The notes below the pieces were generated by a model that saw only the letters and a program-made list of their open reading frames with translations, was not told where the DNA came from and did not search any database. This document shows, piece by piece, positions 50,901-64,000 of a stretch of DNA of 64,000 bases (its first letter is position 1; every line of letters begins with the position of its first letter). The position numbers and the translations under genes are program-made. The DNA comes from Trichoplax adhaerens (lineage: Eukaryota; Animalia; Placozoa), in NCBI RefSeq assembly GCF_000150275.1, contig NW_002060972.1, positions 1 to 64,000 on the forward strand. Reading direction: 5' to 3'.

Positions 50901-53900
50901 TTTAATATCTTATGGAGGCTTGGGCGGCTTACTATCGATTAAAGATTGTCAAGATAAAACAGAGAAAGATTTTGCTGATCATTGGTCTAAAATGTTTAAG
51001 ATAATTCATAATAATTACACTCACCTTGCTATATCAAAAGACAAGAAATATTTGGCTGTTCTGACCTATTTTGGAGATGTTCTGGTAGGCATACCGTAGC
51101 AAAAGGACTATTAGAAGTCTTAAGCTATTTAGAATATGCTATAACATTGATTGCTTAAATTAAGGCACTGTAACCAGTTTTAATCCAATTTATGAATCTT
51201 GTAGATATGCAGTAGTTCTGTCTTTTTGTGTGCTATAACTCATCTTTAAAGCTCCTCCGCCTAGTATTGCTTCATGCCATAAGTAGGATCCCGTTCTTAT
51301 CCAAAAGTTTATGATAAATTCAAATATATTACCTTGGTACTGCATAATGAGCTGAAATAGGGTAGCTCCATGTGCATATCCGTACGATTTGTTTCGTGTT
51401 TTATTTATTACTTTAGTTTGTAGTAACTTTTTAAAGCCAATTTGACCATGTTAAATTGTTACTCAATGGTGATATAGTAACTATTCATCCAATATCATAC
51501 TGCGATTTTCGTAAAATTATCTTCCTTGTTCTAATGAGCTCCCTCTTTCCGTCTTAGCATGTTTCCAACCTTACTCTGATAAACTTAAACATTTAACAAC
51601 AATTTCTTGTTAGCCTGACTGCTTTCTAATTATTTTTGATCACCTCATTCATTTTAGATCTATCAAGTTAGTGCTGATGAGGTTATATATTACTCCTTCA
51701 TTGAATGTCAATTTGGTAGTTCCCAGATATTTTTTGTAGATGACAGTTACAATATTATGGCCGACTTTGGAAACTCTCGCCTTTATTACACCTTTCCCAG
51801 TAAGTCTTACAACGATTAATAATAACTATAGTTGAGAAAGATTTCCTCAAATTATTTCTGAGCTTGGTGGTGCATTCTACTTTTAAGCTACACAAAAATC
51901 AATGCCACCTCATAGACTTGCTAATGCCGATAGAAATTGCAATTCCCAAGTTCCCAAGCAAAAGATTGTTAATAATGCGCTAGTTCTGGTGGAAATGATC
52001 AAAGATGATGATGAATTGCAGCTAAAGGTTTGTCATTATGCTGGTAAAATATGGAATTATGGATTCTATCATTACTACATGTTTCTACAACTAATGAAAG
52101 ACGAGCAATTGGGTCCTAATCTGGAAATGTTTGTTAATACAACAGGTTCACAGAGGCGATCGTTTAGAAGAAGTTACCTTCCATAATTTCGGCTCTCATT
52201 ATAAATCGACTTTTATGTCGAAAGATCACTCCACTGTCGACTTCTTTCTGTTTGACGATTTCCCATATATTTTACTGATTGAAGTTTATGGTTGCAACGA
52301 TAAAGATTGCTTAAAAGATCAAAATGAGAGACATTTTCACTGCTTTCAAAGTGTAAGTTACAGTCTAAATTGACATTAAGGTATCGAATCATGCAAAATT
52401 GGCTGTTATAACACGGTACCATTGACGATGTTTTTAATATTCCTAATGATTCCGCTTACTACTGATTTCATCTACCAGTTATTATCTTCTCCCCCTATTG
52501 AAGTATAACAATTATTTTGCAATAATTTCTACATCCACAGTTTAGTTGCACTCTTACGGTGGCCGAGAACACTGTAGAGGAAGTTTGCACGCTGTAGAGC
52601 ATGTTTTTACTGTAACATGGTGGCCCTTCTCGGCCACCGTACACTCTGTTGCAAATGCTGAATAGGATACCTAGATATGAACGTGGAAGTTATCATCATC
52701 CAGTTTGCTATTCCCACCGTAATAGCGTAGATTGCTTTTGTAAACTATTAATCTAACTCTAGTTGGGAAAGTAGTTGATGTTATATGTTAGTATCACACA
52801 CTACTAGTGACAGAGTAAGTCCACATACGCCAGTGCTAACGAAGAGCGCCTCTTACTGACTTAAAGAGACGACATTAGCTATATCACTAAATAAATCAGT
52901 TCCAACGACTGAATACTATATTACAGTTATAGCATCACTGATAGTATAGACGAGGTGGTCAGAGAATTCCTACTATTTATTACTGAAAAAATCTTGACAA
53001 CCAAGATTAGTCTTGACGATTCAATAGCAATTGACAAATTAGTTGACAAACTAGCCCACTAACTAAGTAAAACGTGATTTCAGGCACCAGTCTTTTATAG
53101 TCTCGTCAGAAGCTCCTGAAGCACACAAAGTAAGACTATCTTTCTAGAGTTATATGAATTATTATAAATATTGCCAGTGCAGACTTTATAGAAGATAATT
53201 AATTAATAACCTTTATTATTAAGAACTAATAATAAACTAATAAAGAGCTTAACTCTTCACATAAAATGACAATTTAATACCTTAATAATATAATTCATTA
53301 ATGAAATCAATTGTCAACTATACTACCAGAGAATTATCATATTAATAGCTAACAAATTGTAACAGTTAGCAAAGGTGTTAGCTTTGCTCTATGAAAATGT
53401 AAAGAATTATATCAGACTAAACTTAACGATGAACAACTTTCAGGATCTGTTTTGCTTACGATACTAAATCATAAACACCATTGCAGTCTCCATTTTCGCT
53501 CGGCTTGCCTACTTCTATCAAATAAGCAAAATTTTAATTTTTTCATAGCATTAAATCATGAACGCAATTAAAGTCAAATTCTCATTGCTAGTCTTATGGT
53601 ATCAATAGACAACTTTTAAGATTTGCCTTCCTTGCTCCATTAAATCATTAATGCAATGACAGTGGTTATATTTCACTTTGCTTGTCTAGATCTACTGATA
53701 GACAACTTTTAGAATTACTATTACTTGCAGCATTAATTAATTAAGGTTATCTTTCTTCATTTGTCATAAACATAATGGAAGATGTTGATAATCTTATTTT
53801 ATGTTATAGCTGAGAAGATTCGACGATCTGGATCATGATTTATGGGTTAATGAAGTCTTGGTGAACGATTTCAAATATAAAGAATTTCAGCCTCTTCCCG

Positions 53901-56121
53901 AGGAAGAGATATCCCCTTTCTTAATGGATGCCACACCAGAGCAAACAGCAGAAATCCAACGTTACAGTTTCCTAAAAAACGCAAGGCCTAACATTAAATT
54001 TCAATCCTTATATCGTCAGTATGATAACCAAGTAATGATCATGATTACGGTGAGAATTAGCTGCATATTATAATTAACCCACATAATTACATCAATAAAT
54101 CTTTCCTAACAAAATAGGCATGCACGAGACTAAAAGCCAACTAGGCTTTATTAATTTAAACTCTATTAATAATTTTTTACCATTCTAAATACTGCTAGCA
54201 ATTTACTGCATATTTTAATATAATTAAAAAAAGTGGCTTGGAATTACAGTATGTTAACGTCGTAGTAAAATTAAGCTTCGTCATCTTATGTTAGGAAAGT
54301 CGACGACTAATCATCTTGTTCATGAATGCAACAAATGGCGTTATCACTGCTAAACACGTGGAAGAGATCAATGAGAGTACTCCAGAAATTGCTTATTTAG
54401 CAGATGAAAACTTTGTTCTTTATGATGAATCCAATGAACAAGAATACTCTGACGACGAAAGATTCTTCACGGTATGATAACTACTTATGCATCAATATTT
54501 ATTGATGCCAATTTGAAAACATGGATGATATCTACGCTTATCCCGTTCATGAACGCCGTCTAATTTTCTTTGGATTAATTACGAATTTTTACGGTCTTTA
54601 CAACATTTAATAAGCTGTATAATTCCAATACACTTAGCTTAGTCAATCTCGACTATACGACCATAACATTCTAGAAATCAAGATTAGGAGATTTTATCCA
54701 ATCAGATATTGATTAAAATCGTCTGGATTCTTGACGTGAAAATGTTTACTATGTATTTGCAACTCTATTCTTAGCTGCACAACACAAGTAGAATGGACTA
54801 TTACAGCTCTAAAGATGTTTACGTTTATGCTTCTCCTAGATCTAGAACTGCAATCAACATTGCAACATTTTACCATTTTTTTGCTAGTATGAATATTATA
54901 ATTAGCTACTTATATTTTGACCAGCTGTGTACAATTTAATATAGTACTGCAATTGCTGAGATATGGGCTCACCCGTAGGCCGTAGCCAATATGTTGCATT
55001 TTTATATATTGAAATTTAAAGCCTGCTGAGACTGCAATAAAATCGAATAATCAGATTTCTTACGCTTAATTGTAGCATAATATCATGCAAAATATCATAA
55101 AACTTCAATCTTTGGACCTGTGAATGCATAATATAGTAGAAGTAATTAGCTAGAAAAGCATTAACAAAAATTCCGACATCTTCATATAAGTGTGTTGCTA
55201 TCACTTGTCCAATTTATTGATTTCCTATCAGTTTTGGATAGTAATGTACTCTTTAATATGTATCATAATTTAAATTGAAATCGATTTTGTCAAGGGATAT
55301 GATTTATACTTATGCTTATATCTGTTTCATAGAAATACAGTATGCAAGCTGGCAATATTCAAGCTGTGCAGCGTGTTAAAGCCAAAATATGCGATGAAGA
55401 AGAAATGCCGGTTTCTTCTTATTGCAAAATGACCATTTCTGATGACAACAAAGATGTCCAGTTGACCGATATTCTCTTAGTTGACGATGATGATAAAATC
55501 AAGGAACAATTTGGATTAACAGACTGGAGAATTTCTGTAAGTAATGTTGTTCTCTTGCATTCTGTAGCTCGGGGCAAGGCTCCATCCTATCGATTCGTAA
55601 CTTCTCTGATTAACATAGACTTACTTTTGTAAATTGAATCTTGCATAGAAAATGGAAAAATGTTGCCGTGTTTTAGGTGTCTTGATTCGTAAAGGAAATC
55701 AAGCTTTGGTATGTTTTTCAACGTTGTTTGCCTGTAGCACTTGAAACATTAAGTGGCTTTGTATAGGTTTTAAGCTTAAACCAACCCATTCTCAATGACC
55801 TTATTCTGTGTTGAAAAGGTATCTCGCAAACCTTGGCAAGGCAGTTATAATCAAGCTACTTTCTATGCAGGCGATCGAAAAATCTATTGCGAATCAATTC
55901 CTTGTCACCTACCTCATTTATGGGATAAAAAGTATACCATTACAACTGAGGGTAATGGAATTGAATTCTATGATAATGCAACGTTGCAGCTAAAAAAGAA
56001 GTATTCGCCGACTTATTTTTCTAATGAATATATCACTTCTGTTCAAGCAAGTCCTGATGGTAAAATAATTACTTTTACACAGCCTCATGGTTGCTTGAAT
56101 ATTATTAAAGCGATCTTTTAA
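44993..56121 (+). CDS. Apaf-1-like STAND NTPase copy 1 (death-fold/CARD-like + NB-ARC + helical + divergent WD40-like region); multi-exon, 5' end uncertain
   Basis: CARD-like exon 45360-45706; VPPLPQHHFIVR; P-loop VHGPSGTGKT; GVYWVKIG; Walker B LFVFDEVE; SSPQAIALIG; L..RSLL; DDGYFYRYFINHLMAA; terminal exon ..ITSVQASPDGKIITF..; stop 56119-56121. Confidence 0.85.
52555..52641. mobile_element. Tiny TA-flanked MITE (Tc1/mariner-type) in an Apaf-1-like intron
   Basis: Perfect inverted repeat TACGGTGGCCGAGAA (52555) / TTCTCGGCCACCGTA (ends 52641), 87 bp in total. Confidence 0.7.
52790..53085 (+). repeat. Dispersed ~290-bp repeat (SINE-like), intronic copy
   Basis: Reverse-complement homology to 17075-17360. 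Confidence 0.8.
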
Positions 56122-57375
56122 AGTCGATGTATTTCTTGCAACGGATTATATAAAGTAGTGATAATGAAAAAGTGATTGAAAAGATATGAGCATGCAGGAA
56201 ATATCAATAGATTGATTTTCTATAACTGGTAGATGGTAATATTAGTACGAGCACAGTTCATTCATGATATTGACTAGGCAGAATATTAGATGCTCTTCTT
56301 TATTGTAGGAGCCTATTAATCTGGATAAATGTTTAAAACTCTTAGAGAATTAGAATATTAGGAAAGGTTATTAATAAAAGGGATATATTTTGGATCAATT
56401 TATGGATTGAAGCTTTGAATTAAAATTTGAACGTTTTTCTATAACAACCGAGTTTATAATATTATAAAAATGAACAGCGTATTTTTAATACGTGCGAAAA
56501 TAAAACTTGCCCTTTTATTATGTAGATTACCTTACTGATTTAAATGACAATTACGCTACAAAGTATCCGTTATTCTAGCTCATAACTGTACTAAAGATAG
56601 AGACTCGGGCAATAGGTACCTTTGCACCAATTTGCCTTGATAGGTAAACAGGGAAACCTTATCGTTATCATCGGCTATTATTATCCATTATTGTCGGTAT
56701 TTTTGACATCCTCTTATAATAAGACTCAACCGTAGTAAAGCCAGAGAAAGCCAGATATTCAAGCTATAGGTACTGTAGCATCAATTTACTTTGATGGATA
56801 GGCAAGGAAATGTTATCTCAGATCCAAAGTTATGAATAAAGCCAGAAATAGTCCACAAAATAAAGCAATTTCGATTGAATATCATTATTTCTAATTCTGT
56901 ATATCGCAAAGTCGATGATAGTGGACAGCGATATTATACCTTTGATATAAAAATAAAGGTACCATTATTCGTTTAACATCAGACCGTCGTTTCTCAGCTA
57001 TTTCTAAGCGATAATTGTATCTACCCTGATCATGATAAGTCACGATAGAGCTGTAAGTTAATCGGGACTAGCGCTTAGGTACATATTGATTATCGAATAT
57101 ATAATATAAAATATTGTTCACCATTACAATCAGTCGTAATCGCGATCATCATCTACATTTCATCGCAACGTATAACGTATTCCGTAACTTGTGGTCATCC
57201 AGACTGGATACTTCTTCCGTCAGAGCATTGGGCACACGGTAATTGAAGTTTATTTTTAAAGAGGCGTAAGAAGAATTCAGTAGTAAGCGGATATAGGAGA
57301 AATATTCAATTTGATAAAATAGCTTTTTCAATTCGTCTATTGGAATTTTCTGGTAAACGCTACTGTACGAGCTCG

Positions 57376-58595
57376 ATGAAGTATACACTCGAAGAAAGAG
57401 CTGAGATGGTGCGACTTATGCACAAGTATGAGTCGTATATCTTAGCAAAAAGAGCATTCCAGGTCAAGTATCCTGGATTAAATCCGGCAGAGAAAACCTT
57501 TAAATACAACGTGAAGAAGTATGCAATGACCCAATCATGTCATCGAAAAAAGCATAAGAAGAGACCGAACTTGGTAGGACAACGAACACCAGTTATTCAG
57601 GCCATTATTGCAAACAATCCACGTAAATCAATAAGAGAAATAGCACGGGAAACTGGTATTCCAAGAAGTTGTGTGCATCACATTTTAAAATTAAAACCAT
57701 ATAGAAAAGTCCATCGTCATGAATTGTACGATAAAGACTACAAGAAACGTAAGAATGCATGTGATGCATTTCTCGAATCCATTCGACTTCAGAATAATTG
57801 GATGTATAATATCATATTTACTGATGAGGCAACGTTCTACACCAACGGCACTGTGTGCTCACAAAATAACAGTTGGTGGAGCAAAGATAAACCAAACCAT
57901 TTTTCTATCAAGTCGAAACAAGCTAAGAAAGTTACAGTCTGGTGTGCCATTTATACGAATGGCATCATTGGGCCATATTATTTTTATGAACCTGTTTGCG
58001 GTGTAAACTATCTTACCATGTTGCAGCAATATGCGATACCTAAGATTAAGCAATTAGGCCTTCTTGATACCTGCCTATTTCAGCAAGATGGCTCTCCAGC
58101 CCATTATACTCGAAATGTCATCGATTTCCTTCACACTACCTTCAAAGGTAGGTGGATCGGTAAATTGAATATTGCACCGATCACTTGGCCGGCACGTTCG
58201 CCGGACCTTACCCCACTTGATTACTTTCTGTGGGGATACTTAAAACAACGTGTCTATCAACATAATTGTCGTCAGGATATTCCCATTCTTGAAAAAGTTA
58301 TTGAAATGGAATTAGGCACAGTCACGCAGCAAATACTACATAATGTATATGAACGTAACCGCATGCGAAGTCGGTCATTTTGCAAACTGCCCAGTTTACA
58401 AAATATCTGTCCGTATTGTCATTTTGCAAAATGCCCGGGCAGTTTGCAAAATGTCCGTCCGTATTGTCATTTTGCAAAATGCCCGGGCAGTTTGCAAAAT
58501 GACCGACTTCGCATACGGTCACGTTCATATACAATGCATTCCTTAAAAGAATACGGAAATGTGTTTCAGCTGGCGGAGGTCGCATTGAGTTATAA
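57376..58595 (+). mobile_element. IS630-Tc1-mariner transposase (DD41D/rosa-Visitor-like, DD43D spacing), interrupted near the C-terminus by a MITE
   Basis: HTH (NPRKSIREIARETGI), IIFTDEATF, KKVTVWCAI, IIGPYYF, FQQDG.PAH, GRWIG, WPARSPDLTPLDYFLWGYLK; removing 58348-58529 restores ..HNVYNAFLKRIRKCVSAGGGRIEL*, 345 aa. Confidence 0.92.
58346..58531. mobile_element. 178-bp palindromic MITE with TATA flanks
   Basis: ~43-bp terminal inverted repeats TGAACGTAACCGCATGCGAAGTCGGTCATTTTGCAAACTGCCC / GGGCAGTTTGCAAAATGACCGACTTCGCATACGGTCACGTTCA; two internal 48-bp tandem units. Confidence 0.88.
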
Positions 58596-60212
58596 ATTGG
58601 ATGTTATGATTGATCTATTTCATTTGATGTTCCTTTTTCGCTTTCAGTGCTTATCGGAATGTATTTTAACTTGTGTTATCATGTTCTTGAATACAAAAAA
58701 TAAATTGCCGACTATGTCCTACCATACTTATAATTTTGAAATATTTCTCAGCTTGCCTTCAATAAATAGACTTCATTTGCGAAGTAATGTTTACGATAAA
58801 TTACAAATATGTCAATGTATGCGATCATGTTTGTTTTTGCGTTGGCTTAACACTTTTGAGTAGTAATTCTATTTCTGTGAACTCTGTCTGCTATGGCGAT
58901 ACCATTACTGTATATTTGCAATGTTATTTAATGTTATCGTTCATGTAATTTCGGTAGCAAGATCATGTACTTCGTTATTACATATTGATACATTAAAGGT
59001 TAACAAACTATTATTTTCAAATTGAACTACGCCAAAAACTTCTTTCAAGCGAAAAGTATTGCCTTGATGTAAACAGGAGGTTCTTTTGAACCATAAGGCT
59101 TACAGCACATAAGGTACCGGTAGTTTCCATCCTATTTTATAAAGTAGTGTCATATTGATCTTTATGAATCTTGCAACCTTCCACCAAATTTACACGAAGA
59201 GCATTCTGCTCGTTAGATATTTCATTTTCAGATTACTATTTAAATTGTATGAGTAATAGGAAACTTTTCGTCCTATAAAAGTGAGACGAATACTACCAGG
59301 TGAAATCATATACGTCTACTGTAGCTGAGATTACTACCATTTATTTATTTTAGGTTCTATTTATTTATTTTGCCTTTTAATTCTGCAGTAGTGACACTAG
59401 TTGCTGTTGCAGCCAGGTAAATACGATGCGAGTATATCTCAAGCGACTCTATTTGCTGTATTAAGTCTTAAGGGTTTTACCGTATTTGCTATTAAAGACT
59501 GAGATAGCCTTAATTTCTCGATGGATTCTTCTTTTAAGCTACACAACAGCTTATGTTAAAAGGCCTCTAAAGATTCGAGCATAATGTTTATTAAGCTCAA
59601 AATTGTTAATAATGTAATGGACCAATTATAGCGGAAATGATGCGAAACAGTGATGAATTACAATTGTACGTTATCGTTATTTCATCAAAATAATACCTGT
59701 AAACTGCAGAAAACAGTAATGCTCATAGCTTTAATTATAAATTCTGAAAGTTATGAGTGCTGCTATCTTCTGTAAATTATTTAACAATGACTCAGTAGGA
59801 TAGATCGACGGAATTTTGTATGTAGTCCATAAATAAATTAATATCTCTAGCGCTACTTTGAAATAGTGAACCAATAATTAGTCTCTCAGTTTGGCGGTTA
59901 AAATAGTTTATTGCTTAAATAATACTTTTGAGTACTAAAGGAGTAAAACTTAGAGCAGGTAACTAGCTCTGTACGTACGCTTTTAAAAGAGTCAGCCTTA
60001 ATATGCTTCTTTGCTGCATATTGACAAACAAGCATTCATCTCTAAAACTATCCACCAATGGTACACCACTATTTTTAAGGTCTAAATATAATCCTTGACA
60101 CTACTAGTCCACTTAGGACTAGCACCGCCTCTTACATACTGTACAATAAAATTACCGTAGGTCTTACTATGAAATCTATTTTATTACCGATCTAAAATCA
60201 ATATTGAGAGAT

Positions 60213-63200
60213 ATGCTAACTACGGTAGCGAACCAACGCCCATCAGAAACATCCAAATCAGTGAGAGTTTCAATGTTCTCGTGGTAACAAAGTAAATAAA
60301 GCATAATAAATTCTTGATGATAGATTAACTTACTAAATCAGGTAGGATTGGTTCATTTTATTATCATCTTTATTGAGTGATGAAAGTAGAAAAAAGAGAA
60401 TGATTATCCAACAGTCCCATTCAATTATAAAGCAATTAGTAGCTGATGAAAGAACCGCCACCGATCATGTGGTCCGGGAAGAATTTAGAGATATAAAGAG
60501 GAAAGTACGAGATTGGAAGGTATAAATAGAACATGTGGTAATTTACAGCTTTCTAAAGCCCTCTAGCTGGCAAGAAAGTTAAAAGATCTTGCCTTTTGCG
60601 ACCTGTTTTTACTGTCATCAACAAATAGGCGAAATGGAGGTATTACATTTTACAGGATTCCACCCTAGCAATAATCGTTCTACGGTAATGCACCCCTATT
60701 CCGTATTCATTGTAATGAAAGATAGAATTGGATAGAATTGATGACAATCATATTATAACAGGGCAATGCCCCTAGGCTTTCACGAATACGTTGCAGTCCA
60801 GCAATTTCCAAGTTGATGAAAGCCAACGAATTGAAGATTTGCCAAAACATCCCAGTATCAGTCATGCGTCAAAAATTAGTGGAATATTCAGTTATCGAGG
60901 AAGATAATCTACAACATACCAATGAAGACGATGATAATAGTAACGAAATTGCGAAATTAATATGGAAGAAATTACGAGATGGCGGCGATCGAGGCTTCTA
61001 TATTTTTTGCAACATATTAAAGGAGCAATCCGATGAGCAACTTCGATTACTTGGGTTGCAACTCAGCAATGATGCAAAGAAAATCACGGCTCTTTCAGAT
61101 GATGGTATTTTATAGCATAGAGTTACATTTTTAACGTTTAATAGATAAACGTTTCTGTAGTGAAGTTTGCTCGATATGATTTTCGTACCCAATCGTTTCC
61201 TTAATGTATTTTGCCTCATATCTTAACATAAGTTTTGTTGGATTCTTTTGGCAAGGTCATACCGTCTGCATATGACACTGTGAGAACTCAGCGGAATTTC
61301 AGACGCTAAATTCATTTCATTCCAAAATTAATAAAAATAACATATAGTCATACCGTATGAGTGACTTGTTAAAATGCTTTAGGATAGTCGACTTTTTACA
61401 TCTGTCACGGATAACGATCAGACATCTTTGCTCAATATCAGACTAGAACAGTATTTATACTAAATGATCGCATTATTCGCATACAGACCTCCTACGAAAT
61501 GTTCCTCCATTACCACAAATTCATTTTATTGTACGAAACGATTTTGTTAATCAAACTGCAAATGCAATCATGAAAATTCATGCAAGAGGTGGTAGATTGC
61601 TCGTTTATGGTCCATCTGGTACCGGTAAAACTGTTGCCGTGAGTAATTGTTTACAATACGTTATTAGACAGAAACAGCAATTTCTACCTCATGGCGTCTA
61701 TTGGATTACGATCGGTAGGTTTAAATTGCATTAATTTGACCGAGAAATATTATTATTTTCATTTCAATGCATTGCATCAGGCATATTATGAAAGGGAAAT
61801 TGAGTAAATATATATCTATGACTCAGTTTCCGAAATTAAATTTAACACTCTTAAATTATGATCTCTTTGAATTACTTAGGTAAGGTAGATAAGCAAAAGT
61901 TGTTTGAAATACTAAGCAATTTGATGATCAAGCTGGAAATGAGACCGCAGACTTTTCCGAGCTTGAAGCAACTCAATCAAGCAATTTCTAATCACTTAGA
62001 GGGTAAATAATATAATTTAGTTATACTTTCTTACAATGATTATAGTACTGCCAACGAGAATGATCATTCTACTTCCTTAAATCGATCAAGCAATAAGTTT
62101 CACAAGTCGTTTAAGATACAGAGATTATAATTCTGCTTTAAAAATAATTTGTAATATTATTTAATTCCATAGCGCTGTCAGATTTATCCTTTACGTTATT
62201 CATCTTTGATGAAGTGGAAGAGCCATCTTATATGGATTATTTGACATTCGCTAAAAATAGTGTCGTTATTTCTACACAGTCTAGTCAAGCTGTGATTGAA
62301 AAATTCGATTACAATATCCAATCTCAGGTAAGTTTCCGATTAAATATATTTACAAGTATAGCCTTAGTAATTATGTTTAGGTATTGCAAAAGTATTTAAA
62401 GCAGTAATGGGTAATGGAATAACCTAAATTATTAAATCTTTGCTGCATTACAGCACAGTAGTTATCTAGTTCATGTAACTAAAATTGAATAAACTTACAA
62501 GTATATCCTCAGTAACTCAGTTTAAGTGTTGCAAAAGTATTTAAATTAGTAATGGAATAGCCTAAAGTAGTAAATCTCCCTAGTATTAGAATAGTTATCT
62601 AGTTCACGTAACTAAACTTATGTGAGTAATAATTTTCTTCTAATAGGAAAGCTTTACTCAACAAGAGGCTTTGCAAATTATAGCATCATTTCAAGAAAAT
62701 GCCAAGACGCAATCATGGGTCAATGATGACATCGTTAAGCAAGTAGTAGGAAAGTATCGATCAAGTCCGCAAGCAATTGCCTTAGTAGGTGGAGCTCAAC
62801 TAAAATCCTTGGACGAATGGAAAGAAGTTCAAGCTTTACCGGAAGCAAAGCGGACTACGAAGCAGTCAGAAAACACATTCACATTATTCACTCATATCAT
62901 GAATAAACTACCAGAACGAACACGAAAACTATTTACACTACTAGGTGCATGCTTTAGAGTTAAAATTCCCGTTGCCGTTATCACTATATTGTGGAACTTA
63001 CCGGCTGATCAAGTCTCAGTAATACTGCAAGATTTACATCGACGATCATTACTATCTTATGCTAGTGAAAACGATTGCAGGTAATAGTAAAAGGAGCTAA
63101 TAAACTTGAAGTAGCAATAGAATTTTATATTGAAATTGTGAGATTAGAATTAATTTAAAAAAAAGGAATTTTAAAGTTATGACTTTCGTTCCACTTGAAT

Positions 63201-64000
63201 CTAACTCATTAAGTATTTGTTACAGAATGATTGCAGTAGTAGCATATCAAACAGATACCGGTACGAGCATATTACTAATTGAATCCCGCACTAAAAACTT
63301 GTAGGCCTTATTGCCAAATCAATAACTTAATCATGGACTACTTGCAGTTACCTTCCAATGCACAATATGTTCAATCGGATTACATGAAAAATTTACATCT
63401 CAATCTGATTAATCAATATCAATTGCATTGCGATGAAAATTGGATACTAAAAGAAGACGATGGCTACTTTTATCGCTACTTCATGAATCATCTGATGGCA
63501 GCTGAAAAAGACGATATTATTCAGCAAATCTTATCAAACAGTGAATGGATCAACAATCAGTTAAAACTACTCAAACAACCTTCATTCTTATATGCTAATA
63601 TGGAACAGATTCAGGACTATTTGCAAAGAAAGGTATATTAAATTACGTAGAATAAATTCTTCTGTTGAATAGTTCTTTCGTGGAAGTCAATGCATTCTTC
63701 AAATTTCAGAATTGTACTTTAACATCCTTGTAGAAGAAGAGCCTAAATAATTCTTTAAAAAGTCGTAAATTTAGTGTATTTTGGATTCAAATATGATATC
63801 TTCCAAATAAATGGGATAAATATGAATAGAAAGTTCTCCTTTTGAATAATTTTTGTATAATATATATATGTATATCGATACATTTTATGCAATCTTTAGA
63901 AACGTTCCTCTAACACATATAAGCGGATTAGGCTTATACTGGTAATGATTTAAAATACAGCTTATCCAGGCTATTTTAGATCAACAAGACAGTCTTTTAG
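60213..64000 (+). CDS. Apaf-1-like STAND NTPase copy 2 (runs off the window end; 5' exons tentative)
   Basis: Exon-for-exon paralog of copy 1: CARD-like exon, VYGPSGTGKT, LFIFDEVE, YRSSPQAIALVGG, DDGYFYRYFMNHLMAA; window ends on a TTTTAG acceptor. Confidence 0.88.

Noticed and set aside
58350-58863. C-terminal ~170 aa of the 507-aa ORF, with an apparent zinc-finger-like CPYCH repeat
   Set aside because: Read-through of the MITE and then out-of-frame flank; the true transposase end is at 58530-58595.
62380-62620. ~100-bp tandem duplication in an intron of Apaf-1-like copy 2 (similar case at 30810-30990)
   Set aside because: Ordinary local intronic duplication with no sign of function.

Overview
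Eukaryotic, AT-rich, intron-dense animal DNA starting at a chromosome end ((CCCTAA)n telomere). The compact genes and gene content suggest a non-bilaterian such as a placozoan (Trichoplax-like); this is inference. Order: telomere; IFT57 (+); a ~120-bp tandem repeat and TACTG/CAGTA arrays; TMEM147 (+) convergent with a HAUS2/augmin-2-like gene (-); a secreted fibrinogen/intelectin-like protein (+); an acidic-propiece prepropeptide with an Arg/Trp-rich C-terminus (+); a single-exon class A GPCR (-); a second, related prepropeptide (+); a membrane-anchored carboxylesterase/cholinesterase-like gene (+); two tandem Apaf-1-like death-fold/NB-ARC genes (+) separated by a Tc1/mariner transposase interrupted by a MITE. 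Standout observation: downstream of the second prepropeptide's two ordinary exons (31.7-35.1 kb, apparently noncoding in the ORF track) lie at least 19 regularly spaced AG|NNN|GT units. They look like single-codon (3-nt) micro-exons and read W-S-R-R-R-R-H-T-G-R-R-R-Q-T-I-W-S-A-P, an Arg/Trp-rich peptide like the one the neighbouring paralog encodes in one normal exon. All splice models were read by eye and need transcript confirmation.
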